A stretch of 49,861 bases of DNA, the filler included, from Bipalium vagum (lineage: Eukaryota): the NCBI GenBank assembly GCA_037834085.1. It is 3 parts of 3 records of this genome, joined end to end, with 100 filler letters (N's around TTAATTAATTAA, not from the genome) between each part and the next. Parts side by side here need not be neighbours in the genome. Positions count along the whole stretch, not along the records: positions 1 to 17,394 come from JBBMKC010068359.1; 2 more parts are not named here. One strand, written 5' to 3'. Each line of letters opens with the position of its first letter. Position 1 is the first letter of the stretch. Under the pieces are notes generated by a model, which had not been told where the DNA came from, did no database searches, and saw only the letters and a list, made by a program, of their open reading frames with translations. The position numbers were made by a program, and so were the translations under genes. Shown piece by piece: positions 1-14,289 of this stretch.

Positions 1-75
<75 letters not shown>
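1..75. repeat. (AAT)n microsatellite at the window start
   Basis: About 25 AAT units with one interruption, read directly. Confidence 0.97.
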
Positions 76-77
<2 letters not shown>

Positions 78-619
78 CAGAAGACTGATACATAGAAAAC
101 AGAATCTTAAAAATAATTATATAAAAGTAATTCACATTAGTTTCATAAATTGAAAATTATCGAAGTGTAAAATATTTGAAAGCAAAAGTAGTATCAGATA
201 GTGAGTAGTCTAGGTTAAGAAAAACATATTTCAGGCATTCTCGAATAAAAGTCTCAGAATATTCAGCTTCTGTCTAGGAATTTATTAGGTAAAGTTCATA
301 TCAATTGCAAAAAATATTTTTCTTTGTGTGACTCAAAAAAATTCTAAAAATTCTCAGTGTCAAGAAAGACTACAATTGTTTATTGTCTTCGAAAATATAT
401 TCTCGTGAACTGTGAAAATCTCCACACTCGTGTATGAAATGCATTGTTTCCTGAGTCGTATTCTAAGTTCTAAAATTATTCTAAAAATTAATATACATCT
501 ATTTACAGATAACATATATTGAAATATTATTGAACTTAAAAAACCATTTTAATGACATTATTTATGGCACTTTCTTTAAAAATGTGCCATGAAGTTGAAT
601 TTTACAAATTTATTCATTT

Positions 620-1500
620 TTTGATGAGTTTGACAAAAAACATTTATAGGAGACATGAAGTATTGGTAATGGAGCTGTGGAAGATTACTATTTATAACTG
701 GAGTCTTCTCGCAGAAACAATGTTATTGGGGAAGAGAGAAGTGGACGAGCACACGAAATTGACTATGAGAAATCCGATAAATTAAGAATTATTGTTAAAG
801 AATAGAGAAGGATTACACAGAGCTGTTTATCTAAGAAAAAGACTACACAGAAAATCCTGGAGAGCATTGGAATCAGTAAATAATGCAGTTAGTTCATTTT
901 ATATGTTTAAGAGCACATATACGAAAAAGATGCTTGCATGTGCTTCAAGAACATCTGATCCTATTCCATGGTCTTGACAGAATTTTAAAAAATATATTTT
1001 AACGAAAGATGAGATGCCATTGGGATGCTATGTTCAATACAGCTAGCGTCAGTTTCATGAATGAGGTTTTTAAAGAAAAGGCTACAAAGATGATTAATTC
1101 AAAAATCTCATCGAAAATGTCTCATGCTTATTTTTTTTGGGATGCAAAAGGTATTATAAAGACCAACATCGAAAATCATCGACTCGAACTACTACTGTAT
1201 ATTGGTTAGTGGTGTTAGAAATTTAATACGGAAGCTAAAGAATTGAGAGCTTTCTCTGTTGTCTGAAAACAATCAAGTTTGCACAGACAAATGAACTATG
1301 GATATAGGCACTGGAAAAGGTCACTAAAAATATAGCCCTGATATGGGTCAAAATGCCTTATTCTTGTTTAATAACTTGAAAAACTCTTACAAAGTCAAAA
1401 ATAGTAAAAAGAGGATCTCACAATACTAATGCAAGATTTTTTATCAATTCAAAGGATGCATCTTTCTTCGAAAATTGTAGTTATATAGAAAAATGATTCT
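620..1500 (+). mobile_element. Degenerate mariner-type transposase remnant
   Basis: Frameshifted fragments with mariner motifs: AYFFWDAKGII (~1125-1160, cf. VFWD..GII) and YSPDMGQNALFLFNNLKK (~1331-1385, cf. YSPDLAPSDY.LF..LK). Boundaries approximate. Confidence 0.7.
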
Positions 1501-2299
1501 ATTTGTTACATATGTTAAGTTTCTCTAATACGGTGAACCTAATGTTAAACAAACAGAGAACTTAATGCCAGAAGTACTTTTACATGTTCTTTGAAAATTT
1601 AAAAGAACCAATTAGCACGAATTAAGATTTACAAAATTATATTTGATTTAACAAATTGGCGCAAATTATTTTGCAAACTAACTTTAAAAAAATCCCGATT
1701 ACTGAATAATCTTTCAATGATTTAGTCCTCTTCCTGTCATTATTTGATACCACTGGTCTTTTCTGCCTTGGTGTTCTCTTTCTTCAGCTTGCTGAGTTTG
1801 AATATTCTCACTAGGTAAGTTGGAAATATCTTAGATATAAGAGTACATACATTAAAGAAGACTTCATAATTTTAAATCAATAGATATTTTGAAAAAATTA
1901 TTTAATTTATTGACAAAATTATTTTGTGGTGACTCAAGAAAAATTAACAATTTTGATGTGACAATTTGATTATGACAATATTTATTGATTCTGATTTTGA
2001 TGTGATTACAATCTTATTTTAATAAAAGTAATAAAAGTATTTTTATTTAATTTGTTATGTAAAAATGAGAACTCCTAAAAGAATAAAATTAAAGTCCTAA
2101 CAATAATTAATATTATTGTTGTTATTATTATTATTAATATTGGTAATAAATTATATTAGAAAAATAAAGAAAATATATAAAAAACAAACAATTATATAAA
2201 AAATAAAATTAGAAATAACAAGATTTCTCAAAATAGAAATCTAACAAAAAGTATGATACAAATCTAAATAAAGAAACAATTTATAATAAAAAAAATTAC

Positions 2300-2366
2300 A
2301 TTAGGATAAAAATAAAGCATAAAAAAATGATATTAGGATAAAAATAAACCATAAAAAATGATATTA
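2300..2366. repeat. Two-copy ~32-bp tandem duplication
   Basis: attaggataaaaataaa(g/c)cataaaaaa(a)tgat occurs twice in tandem. Confidence 0.8.
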
Positions 2367-3159
2367 AAAATTATAATTTATAAGGTCAACAAAAAGACAT
2401 TCAAAGGACAACAAAAATAAATATAACAAAATCATTAGCATATCACTTAACTTCCAGCTGATCGTTAAAGTTCAAGAAAACAAAGCCTTGCATAAATAGT
2501 GATCCAATTTCAAACGTAGACACAAAAACGAAGACGTGACCGTAATCAAAAATGTAGACGCAATCACAGACGAAAACGCAATCTCAAACAAAGACGCTAC
2601 CACAGACGCAGGATCAAACATCTACTCAACCAATTTATGGTTTTCGTTACAGTAATTTTTTAATTATTATTATTATTTAGAAATTTGTTGTCATTTTACT
2701 AATTATTATAAAATCTGGTAAACTGCTACAGTTTGCACAGATTCCTTAAAATCTCATTTAAATTTACATCTTCTGGTAATCAATATTAAGTAGGATTACC
2801 TTTGTCTTTGTTTTCACATTTTCCCTATTTTTCTTTTTATTGGTAATATACACAGCAGTTAGGGCTGGTAAATTACCTCAGAGTCTTTCCACAGCTTACA
2901 GGATAACTGTGAAATGATTTAGGAATTCTCATTTAAAATTTGATTGTCAAACCTCATTTTTACAAAAAAAATATTTGTTATTATCGATTTGTTTCATTTG
3001 GTTTTATTTTATTCACAGTTCCGAACTGCACTCCATAAATCCTTCTGATAGTAAATTTGTTGAGTGACATAAAAGCCCAATATCGACATTCTTAACTTAA
3101 AATCAGTCACTTTTAGGAACTTAACAATTTAATAGATCAAAAAACCATATATTTATTTA

Positions 3160-4090
3160 TTATGAAGAAAACTAATTCATCCAAAAGTCGTGTTAGGGGT
3201 ATAAGCCGAAAAAGAGCAGCAAAGAAGCAAATTACAAGAGGACTGAAACCTATAATAAAAGGACAATGATACAAAGGTAAATTGTAAGAAATTGATTAAT
3301 ACTTGTAATATTCCAGCCTCACTATTTACCGTTGAACGTTACTTTAAAGAACAAAGCATGATATACAAGAAAAAAAAGAAGAAACTTACAACTTAAACCA
3401 TTGGATAAGACCAAACGATTTGATTTGGTGAAGAAGTGGTTGGCAGAAAATCATTTATGGAATCGAATCATTTTTAAGACGAAAAGTGGTTCTCCATTGA
3501 TGGACCAGATGATTGGAGAACATACACAAAAAATCAGAAATCATTTATCGTTCCAGACACCAGAAAAACGGTTGGGGCATTATGGTATCGGGCAAGGTTC
3601 TACCAAATGGACTGCTATCCTATAAATATAAAATAGACACTTCAAAAGTCAACATTACATAGAATTGTTCTGCCAAACTGTTTTACATATTTATAAAGTG
3701 AATTCTGGGAACAACGTCTGGTTCCAACAGGATAATTCCGGAATCCATACGGCAGGTATAGTTAAAAAATGGATGGATATTGCCAATTTTCAAGTCTTCC
3801 AATGGCCTGCTCGATCTCTAGACCTGAACATAATGGAGAACGTCTGTAAAATTTTGGAAGATGTTATCTATGACAGGTCACTACTCAAGGCTGTAGGTGA
3901 TTTAATGGAAGGAATACGGAATAAGTTCTATTTCATCATTCATAATAAGAGAAAACGAGGAGTTATTAACAATCTTTGAGACTTATAGAGATCGCCTAGT
4001 TAATGTAATTTTAAAATATGGTCATCGAATAAATCATTTATTACTTATTTTTATTTTTAAGGGTGGCCAATAATTATGCACACCTGAAAA
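3160..4090 (+). mobile_element. Degenerate Tc1/Tc3-like DD34E transposon
   Basis: DEKWFSIDGPD (~3478-3510). FQQDN...WPARSLDLNIMEN in ORF 3665-3979, with exactly 34 residues between the second D and the E. Tc1-like 3' terminal sequence gtggccaataattatgcacac (~4063-4083). Confidence 0.85.
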
Positions 4091-5095
4091 ATAAATTTTG
4101 TAAATTCCAAATTGAAAAAGTTCAAAACTATGTTTAAAAAAAGCAGAAAATTAACAATTAACATTTTTCGAGAAAAATATTTGAAAGAAAATTTGTCTAA
4201 ATTGAAAATATACCATTTTAATGATAGTCAAAGAATTCGCTCCTCAGTATATATATTAACCAAGTCGTACTATCTGACTCCTTCCCTTTATCACGGCTTG
4301 GTTCTCAATAACCACATGGACCAATAAATCACAAAGTTAATCAATACAATTTATTGTTCACCCAACACAAAAACGATAAGATCACATAAACAACGTCAAT
4401 ACAATTATAAATTCTCTCATAATTGATCACAAACAGTTAACACAGTCCAAGTCGTGTACCACAAATCTACAACGCCAAATAGATATATAACGTCAATGAG
4501 TTTCCATTGCTTCCATATTTTTCAATATACACCAATGATGTTAAATTTAAAAAATATAAAAAAATACTTATTTAAATAAAAAATTTTATATTATCTTGGA
4601 AAAGTTTTTTTTATTTATTAAAAAATAAATTTATAAATAAAATTTTATTTATTAATTATATTTTATTAATATTGTTAAAAATTAATAACTAAACCAAATT
4701 GAAAATTCTATATGACAGTAATTATTTTTAAAAATTGTCATATTTCTTATATTCCGAATCACAGAGATATTCTTGGAAATTAAATATTGAAATAATTATC
4801 ACAGAAGAGGTGTAGAATTCAATTTAAAGTTTTATAATTTCAAACAGGTATAAATTCAAGTTTAAACAGAAATAAAATAAAATAATAATTTATTATGCAT
4901 TCTATTTAAGTGAAAAAGTACGTTTTATTTATTTCTATAGTTTCAAATTTAAGATGGATATGAGTTAAACATTTAACAGATACTTACAGGATGGATAGTG
5001 AAAAAGTTCTTAGACAAGTTCTTCTTTTTTTAGTGATAAAAGCATAATTATATGATAATTATAAACAAAATGTTCAAGTTTGTGTTTAAATAATC

Positions 5096-5730
5096 TATTA
5101 GGTCATCCACATGAGATGCATATCAAACTTTTAACAAAAAAATGGAATTTATCAAATTAAGCAAGGATACGCTTCAGCCATCGTGTCGAAAGTTCGAAGA
5201 TGCTTTTTCAAAAATTCTGGTTTGACAGAATCAATAAATTGGATAGAGTCACTTTGGACAGCCTCTTGAGAATGGAAATTTATTTTTCAAGATTCTTCAT
5301 CATTTCTTTCAATTGAATGCGGTTAACATCTTCTGTTATTGATTGACCGTTTTCGTTATACATAATAATTTTTGAAAAAATGGATCTATCTTTTTCTGAA
5401 AAAGCACAGAAATTTATAAATTGAAATGCTTTTTCATATTAATTTCCTTCAATTCATTTGGAATCCATCGATAGAGTTTTTTGACTTTATTTATTTGTCG
5501 TAAATGATCAAAAATGGTTGGGATAGAAACGTGAAATATTACTGCTAATTCTGTTGTAGATTGTGTTATGTTACATTTAAATTGTCATTGGAGGTCTACC
5601 TCGATACTGATTTTCCAAGTCTAGATTTTCAAATGTAAATTTTGCAAACCAACTATTTCTGGTGCAGTTTAAGATATGTTTGATTTTCTAAGAAACTCAT
5701 GCCATAAATATGTGAATTTTCCATTATCTT
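5096..5730 (-). mobile_element. Internally deleted mariner remnant
   Basis: Minus strand: WFAKFTFENLDLENQYRGRP, TTELAVIFHVSIPTIFDHLRQINKVKKLYRWIPNEL (cf. WVPHEL) and C-terminal SIFELSTRWLKRI. TA-TTAGGTCATCC mariner-like end at ~5096. Confidence 0.8.
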
Positions 5731-8700
5731 TAATTGGAGAGTATTATATATGACATTAAAATGTAAGTACTCAAGACTTTTAATTGATCATAAGTCATCA
5801 AATATGTAATTAATCTTTTGGAAATGTATAAACATTATTTTGGGCTATCGAAAGATTATACAAACACAAAAGAGATAATATAAATGAAGTAGGTATATGA
5901 AGTAAGGAACAAGACTATTTTGATATCAGAGATTAAAGAGTTGAAGGCTGTCATAATGGTAATTTCTGAAAGAAGAATTGTTCTTAATACTGCTCCAAGT
6001 TTTTATAAAATAAAAAATATTTTCATACCATCTTTATTTATTCCATTACCATAAAATAATTTATTAATTATTAGAAATAAATAAAGAAAATAAAAAAAAA
6101 TAAAAGTGTTTTATATATAATTGTAGAAATAATAAACATTTATACAATTCCTTGAAATCGGTTCAGGCATGTCTATCTCTATTTGCAATTAGAGATTTTG
6201 TGATAGTTAATTACAATTATTCTTTCCCTTTATTACCACCTTTACTTACATTACCATTATGATTTGTTAATAGACCATTATTAATTAACATTTCTTTTGT
6301 AATTTTATCATTGATATTAATATTTATTATAAGTTTATGGAACAAATATATTTTTCTTGTATTATATTTATTTATATTAATTATTTATTATTTTCTTCTT
6401 TTGATTTACAAACGAACAGTTTCAAGTGAGATTACAATGATGACGTTATTGTAAATAAAATTGTGATATTTTATTTAAGGGACACGTAATTTCAAAATAG
6501 AATTTCTATTAATTAATTAAATTAAAAATAATTAATTATATAAAGAAAAAATATATATGTTTATATTCTGATTTACAAATGCAACATTTAGATTTTTCTA
6601 AACTTTCACATTGAAAAATCGAAAATTAAATTATTTTATCAAGGATGAATTGAAACTTCATTAATTTTTAATTTCATGAAATTAAACTCACTTTTCAAAG
6701 GGAAAATAAATAATTTATTTATTACAGATTTTTATTGATATTTTAATGAAATTGATGAAATAATCGAAGATAGATGAAGAATAATAGTGGTTTTGAAGCT
6801 TAACAATTTTATTTTTTGACAATCGGAGTGCACATATTAATCTAATATTTTTTTCAATTTTTTAAAAAAAGTTTTTCAAAATATTAATAATTATTTTTTT
6901 ATTTTACATATTTTATTTTATTATATTATGATATATTATGTATTATGATTTATTTGATTTTATTTATTAGATAAAAGTCATAATATAAATTCAGTATTTT
7001 ATTGTCGTTAGAAAGTTTAAAAAGTGCAGGAAAAATAATAAATTAAAATTTTTGTTTTTGTGACATTTTAAACAAACTTGATTTATTTTCATAGTTTTGA
7101 AATCGAATAATTTTGTCAATAAAATAAATATCTAATTTTATATTATATTATATTTTTATGGATTTTTCTGTATAAATATTTTTTCATTATTATATATTTA
7201 ATCGTTTTAAATAAATCGTTTAAAATAAAATTAAAATATTATAAAAATATATAAAATTTAATATTTTCTTTGATATTTGTATTATATTTTTTGTGTTGTA
7301 ATGCACTTTCGGTGTATGTCAAAAAATCCAGAAATTTATCAAGATTAAAGCAAGAAACATTGGGCCAACAGATATTTGGATTTAATTAAAAAAATTAAAA
7401 TTATTTTTGATCATTTAAGGTGAAATTATATTCGAACCAAATTAAGTAATATTAATGATTATAATTTCTTTGAAACAAACTGAATTAGGAATGGTGCATT
7501 TTTTACCAAATATTTTTATTTTAAGACAATAATGTAAATACATTTTGAACAAATATTTATTTGAAAATCTATTTTGGTCTGTGTAGAATATTGTGCATTA
7601 ATTAAGTTTATATTTGTTTGTTCATTAAAATAAAATTTATTTATGTTTTAATAAATTGTGCAGTTTTAATTGCTTATTTTTTAAGCAGAATAAGTCTCAG
7701 TTTTTAATGAGATAAGGATAATGAGAGAGAAGGATTCAACAATATTTAAAAATAATTTTTGTGACAATAAAAATTATTATTGTAGAGACTACCTCCAACC
7801 AACGCATCCAAGCCTGTGAAAATTCCAAAAGAATAACAATTAACATTGTTAATCCTTGTAAAAAAACATCAACGACTTTAATGATTCTTTTATAACAATC
7901 TTTGTATAATTTGTAAATTTGATCCCCATGAAAAACTTTAATGATTTTAAATGACTTTTATATTGGCGATTCTTTTTTGTTGTGATTTCAAATCGTCCCT
8001 GATAAAATAAATAAAATAATTAAATACAAATTTATAAATTAGTTATATTTGTTACAAAGCAAATTTGAATTATAAAACTTAAATATCATCGTATTATAAA
8101 GTATTAGTTATTTATTCTGAAATATATTTATTAAAAAAATGTAAATGGTTCATTGGAAAATATTAAATATTTAAAATTATAAGTCAGATTTGTAAAAATT
8201 AGATAAATAAGTAAATAATATATAAAATAGTAAGAATAATAATTATTTTTTAAAAAATATAATAAAAGGAGCATACATTATAAAGTGAAAATGGTCTGGA
8301 GAATAATTGTAAAACGGAAAAATTAATTTGCAAATTCCGTCACGAGCCACTACAGAAACCTTTAGAAAACATTCAAATGTTTATTATCAACATATTTTAC
8401 GTACCCCTACTAGCAGACCACAATCAAGAATCTTATTTAAAGCAAGAAGAAACTCAAAAAAAGAAAACAACCATTTTATGCTCTATAAGATGATGCTCAA
8501 AAGTAATTTTTGATTTTTCCCTAAAAATTAATTAAACTTGTTTTGTGAACAAAAGAAATTTAAATTCGACTCCTTTTTATTATATTTATTATTCATTATT
8601 TATATATTATTTTAAATAAAATCAACTTGTTTTGTGGTCTAAACAAAGTTGATTGAATTGTTAAATAATAATATTATTTTATATTTTTTATTGATTGAAC

Positions 8701-10947
8701 AAACTTTTTGAAATCAAAACAAAATTTAGCCTAACTAACTAATCAAAGGCTCAGCTATTACTTGATGATTCAGTTAAATTTTTAACCTTTAATTTATATT
8801 TTCGTTTATTGTTTCACACTCTAAGTAGCGCGGTGAGAAAATGTGTTTTTTCACTGAGCCTGAGAGCGAGAAGATTTTTTTTATTAACCTAAATAAATAT
8901 AATAATACAATATAAAAAAAATAGGAAGGACGATACTTTAATTAATTGTAACTATTTGTCAACAATTGAATAAAATTTTATTTCTTTATATTAGTTATTC
9001 TAATTTTTAATCAATTGTAGTTCACACGTTAAGACTTATCACTTAATTTATTTAGCTCCTCAACTTGTAGGTTCATAACATAATTATTGTGATTGTAAAT
9101 ATTTTGCAAGAATCAAAGATGAACTAGTGTATATATTTAGGAGAGTTTGCGAAAGAAAATGAAAAGATTATTGAGGTGTATCTTAAAAAAAAATAAAATA
9201 GTCGTACCAACTTCAAGACTATTATATATATTAAAATATTGGTTCATAAAGAGAAATTAAAAATAAAACGTATTTTTTCTTATTATGATTAATTATAAAT
9301 TAAATATAATAAATAATAAATATATAAAAATTATAAATATATTTTATAGGTGAGAGAAGTGTCAAATTTGTAAACGTTTTCCAGAATAAAAAAATCTTGG
9401 AGTTCAACAGTCTCATAAAATGTTTATTAATATAATATAATTTTTGTCCAATATTCACATACCAACAAAAATGGATTGGCTTGGCTGGCTCAACTGAATA
9501 AATTGCTTAATAACTGTTGAGACGAAAAGATTGGAAATCATAACATAATTGAAGGAAAATATTTAATTGTTTTTTATTTAGCTTATTCTGATATTTTAGT
9601 ATAAATATTAATTTTTTTATTCAAAATTTATTTGTAAAAAATTTTACGAATAACCATTTTTTATACTATACGATCTGGGATTGTTTAAACATTGGAAATT
9701 CATATCGTCAATCATTTTTTAATGTCGAAAAAAATCAATCAGAAAAAGTTTTCTCCAATGAAATATAATGAAAAAGAATTCATTTAAACAAAAAATAAAA
9801 TAAAAAATCCCCAAATTACTGGAAATCGATTGAATTGAAATTTGACTGTTGGTACGTACACATCGAAAAGTCTAATCAATGCAAAAAATAAATAACATAA
9901 AATAAAACTGATTTTGATTGGGAAAATAATAAAAAATAATTACTTTTCCTAACGTTACATTTATGTTAAATCAATCTTTTATTGAATAATTAAATTACGT
10001 CTCATTATTAATCAAAAATGAAGAGTAATTTCTTGACAATAAACTTCTACTGGTAACAACGAACAAGAAACTCTTCATGCCCGTTCAGTCGCAAAGGATG
10101 GCGAGGGGACTATTTATCCGCAATTAATTTTCCCAATCATCATCAATCATCATATAACAATTTTACTGAAGTATATCAACAATCGTAGCCAGTCTGGGTG
10201 GCTACTCAATCAAAAGTCTCCAGCCGCATGAGCGGATGTCGAATATTATAACAATCTCAGTTCTGATTTAGTTATCCACCATAACTTATTATCTGCGAAG
10301 AAATTCCCTTTATCCATTTCGGTGGAGGAAAATCTTTACACTAGCGTTGATTGATCGAATTAAATTACGACGAAGGAATCAAATGACGAATGAATAACAA
10401 AAGACAAATTTCTTTTGATAAATTTCTGGAGAATTTTTCGAGCTCAACAATTCCGTTTGCACTGTTTGGAGATGTTTTGCTTTTCAGCAGAATTAGAGTG
10501 GAATTATAATTATTTATATCTTTGTTTAAATTGACACATAAACCCGTTTTTTTTGTTGAAATTTCCAATTAATTTTTATCTTTATTATCATTACCAGTAA
10601 CACTTTTCGCTTAAAATAATTGGATTTTTGATGCTTAAGATTACGGGAATAAATCTCGTTTCATTCTTTATATTAAGCCAGAATATAAAACTAATGCGAT
10701 AAGCGAAAGGAACAATAGCCTTTTAAGCCCCATGAAAGAGAACGTTTGTTGTTGAGATTTTATAACATGTGCCTCATGATATCTTAGTTTGATGTATATC
10801 TTTTTTTGCGGGTTTATCAAAAACAAAACGAAAACACTTTGAAAATGGTAAATGATCAAATTAAAAGAAAATATTTTATTATTTAAGTTTAATTAATTAA
10901 TAATTTTTTTATGAATTATACCAAATCAGTTCATTAAGTTATTCATT

Positions 10948-11586
10948 AATACTACAATAATTCCCGATGTTTACTGTCATCACCTGGACACGTTAAATGA
11001 TTCCTTGAAGGAGAAACATGGGGAATTAGTTTATCGTACAAGTATTTTTTCCATCAGGACAATGCAAAACCTCACACTTCTTTGAAAAATCGATAAAAAG
11101 AAGTACTACAAATTAAAAAAACGAAAAACAAAAATTACTAATAAGTAAATATTTGAAATTTTTTTTATAAAATATTCACTTGTTTTAACAATATACATTT
11201 AAGCGCGCATATCAACAGTAAGTAATTAATTTTCCAAAATTATTTTAATTCTATTATTAAATATGTTTGTATGGTATAATTTTAATAAAAATTCGTTTTT
11301 TAAATTTTAGTACTTTTTTGTGGACGAGTATAATTTGAGAGCATCTGATTACTCTCTGTTTCACGGTCTTTCACTGGGAAAGCCTTTACCTCAGGTGACG
11401 GTTTAAAAGTTACCTGGAATCGTCTTTTTTTAAAAAAGGCCAGAATCATGGTATTTCCTGAAAGCTGGCAGTTGGCTGTTAATAGTGATGATCAATATGT
11501 TATATAATAAAGATTTTCAATATTTTTAAGATTTGCTTTTTTATTTTATATTAAATAACCGAATGAGTTGTCGAGGCAACCTAATA
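10948..11586 (+). mobile_element. 3' half of a mariner element, interrupted by AT-rich sequence
   Basis: TIIPDVYCHHLDTLNDSLKEKHGELVYRTS then FHQDNAKPHTS (10948-11095). ASDYSLFHGL and FPESWQLAVNSDDQYV* (11340-11510). Ends in a mariner-type terminus ggcaacctaa-ta (11575-11586). Confidence 0.85.
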
Positions 11587-12119
11587 TTACAAATTATTTT
11601 TAAAATGAAAAAGCCCAGTACCAGACAATAATAAAAATAAAAATATCAAAGTACTTAAAATATAAATAAATAAAACATAATAAAAATATTTCCTAAATTT
11701 GAGATTAGATTTCTCTGTAGTCGTCCTCTTTTTTCTCATACACTTTTACTATCATATCGAATATCATTTCACACGGGAGCAATAAAATTATTATTTCATC
11801 TTAAATTTACATTGCCCATAATAACAAATATTAACTTTGTACAAATAATAATTTTTTCCACTTTTTCACCCTTTTCAGAGTGGTTGTATTTCTTGCAATG
11901 GAAATAATAAAATATTTATCTTAAAAAATGTTGTTCAAGATTTCGTTCTATATAAAAAATTACGAGCAGCAAAGAAAGATTTACTTAAGGAGCAATTTTA
12001 TATTACATTTCATTTACTTTTTTCCTTTCAGGTAAATTGAAAATTCCTACACGATTTGGTTACTTTAGGTAATTATTAGCATTTCTTTGGGTCGTCTTTA
12101 CTGCTGTTTAAAATGTTAA

Positions 12120-13086
12120 GACGATCCTGGTATAAGTCCACCATTAACAAAGTATAAGTTTTGAATTATTTATATCTTCTTTGGGATCGGTTCATCTGCT
12201 TCTTGAAAAATGCTTTTGGGCTATTATGAGAATTTGTTTTTATTTTTTCAGCAATCTCCTCTAAATTTTTTTATAAACAGGGTTGTTTTTCACGGATCTT
12301 TAATTCAAATTGGTTCAATAGGTTACAACGATAATCAGACTTTGTTGTTTTACCTTTTTGTAAGCAATGCACAATCAAAATTACTTTAGCATCCAAAAAA
12401 ACTGACGCTAACACCTTGATCAATTTCTGAAAACGAACTCGTTTCGGTGCCGAACAGTCGAGCTCATACTATTTCCAACCTAATTTGGTTTTTTCAGCAT
12501 CACAGTGGTAGACCCACGTTCCATCTATAGTGATGAAATGGCAAACAAAATCTTTTTTTATCCCTTTTAAACGATCGGAATGTTGATGAGACAGTTGAAT
12601 TTGATTTTGTTTTTGTCAACGAATGTGACACTAATTTTGCACACAGCTTTTTGAAACCCAAAACTTAGCTTCAAATATTGCTCACTGTGCCTAATGAAAT
12701 GCTTCTACTAAATCGCTCCTGGTCAAAATTCTGATATTCCAAAACTATATTATTATGCATTTTTCTGACGATTTCTGCTGTTAATGCATTTTTTGGACGT
12801 CCTTCGCGTGTCGACCTCAATGCTTGTACGATTACTTTTAAATAATCCAACCAACTTGCAAACTATTGTTTGTGAAGATGCAGATTCACTCAAAACACTT
12901 AACGTTTCGTATGGATTGTCATTTTTACGGCACGGCTCTCAAAACTTTCCATTTTTTAACTTAGATGCGGACTTAATAATTCTTATACTAAATTTTGACC
13001 AGCTTCTTTCATACATGAAATATTAAAATTGTGTTAAAGTTTAATTTTACTATTGACGAATTCCGCTAACTTATTGAGCAATCTGG
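12120..13086 (-). mobile_element. Degenerate mariner, Himar1/irritans-like, with 3' deletion
   Basis: Minus strand: LGFKKLCAKLVSHSLT, FITIDGTWVYH (first catalytic D), SAPKRVRFQK..KVLASVFLDAKVILIVHCLQKGKT. The 5' terminus TA-CCAGATTGCTCAATAAGTTAGCGG (13088 downward) resembles the Himar1 TIR. Confidence 0.85.
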
Positions 13087-13249
13087 TAATATCTTTTAGA
13101 TCAGAAAAAGATATTCCGAACAAATGTATTTGGTATTAAATAAAATGATATAGTAAAACAAAATCATAAAATAATAAAATAACGAAAAGGGATTTTAAAA
13201 CTTAATAATATACCAGTTGATTTTATGAAAAAAACTTTTTCCCGGAACA

Positions 13250-14159
13250 TGAATGAGAGAAATTGGCCATCGACAATCGGTTTCTGAGTCACCAGTAAGA
13301 CGAACGGTACATAATTATTTAAAATGCAAGTTCTACGTCATGAGAAGACATTTTGTATCGGCAAAAAGCAAAGAAAATCATTTAATCCGCTCGAAGTGTC
13401 TTTTAAACAAGATCAAGCATTCTGATCATCCAAACATGCTATGGTTCTTTGCTGATGAAAAACTTTTTACTCAAGATCAAAAGGTTAATAGAAGGAACGA
13501 TCGATGGCTGTGTTCCAGTGCTTCGGAAGTCCCTAATGTTATGCACACCAAGTTTCCATCATCTTTAACGTTATTGGAAGGTTGTAAGCAGCGAATGTCT
13601 GGTTATGCCTCCGTATTTCTTTCCACAGGGACTTAGAATAAAAGCATCTTTTTATATCGAGTGTCTGGATACATATGTAAAGCCATGGATTGAAAAAGTT
13701 GTCCATGGAAGGCTTTTATTTTATCCAACAAGACTCAGCTCCCTGCCATACAGCATTAAAAACAAAAGAATGGCTATCGCTAAATTTTAACGATCATGTC
13801 ACTTCAAACTTGTGGCCACCTAGCTCACCCGATTTCAATCCTTTGGACTATTTCGTATGGGGAGTCGTAGAGAATGAGACAAACAAACATCCTCATAATA
13901 CCTAAGATTCATTACGGGCTTCTATAGGTTCTGCTATGATAAATATGAAAAAAACCATTTGATCGCGGCTTGTAAGGTTTTCAGAAGCCGTCTTGGAGCT
14001 GTAATTGACACTGAAGGCGATTTTTTTTTGAATAAATAAAACTTGTGTACTTAAAACAAATAAGGTTTCTAATATTGGTTAAAAATATACATTCTTTTCA
14101 TTAAAAATATTACTTACCTTTAATATCAATTTTTGTCCTCAAATAGCTGACGCACTCTG
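13250..14159 (+). mobile_element. maT-family (DD37D) transposon, 5'-truncated and frameshifted
   Basis: FFADEKLFTQDQKVNRRNDRW (ORF 13253-13636). QQDSAPCH...WPPSSPDFNPLDYFVWG (ORF 13690-13905) with 37 residues between the second and third D. Ends ...gctgacgcactctg followed by TA (14160-14161). Confidence 0.88.
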
Positions 14160-14289
14160 TATATAAAATTGAAAGGATCATTTAATAAATATTTTTATTC
14201 TCATTAACAAAAAATGAAAATAAATAATTTATTTGAAGTCCCTTACAAATTTTGATTATAATCATTATTAAAAAATAAATAGTTATATT

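Noticed and set aside
5240-5440. RGCP and YEKAF strings on the minus strand suggesting a LINE reverse transcriptase
   Set aside because: Other frames of the same bases give a collinear mariner transposase continuous with the flanking WIPNEL and C-terminal motifs.
7790-7998. Exon-like segment between cag| and |gtagtc on the minus strand
   Set aside because: All three frames contain stops and there is no recognisable motif.
9650-10500. Faint Tc1/mariner-like C-terminal traces on the plus strand
   Set aside because: No intact catalytic motif; resemblance too weak to call.
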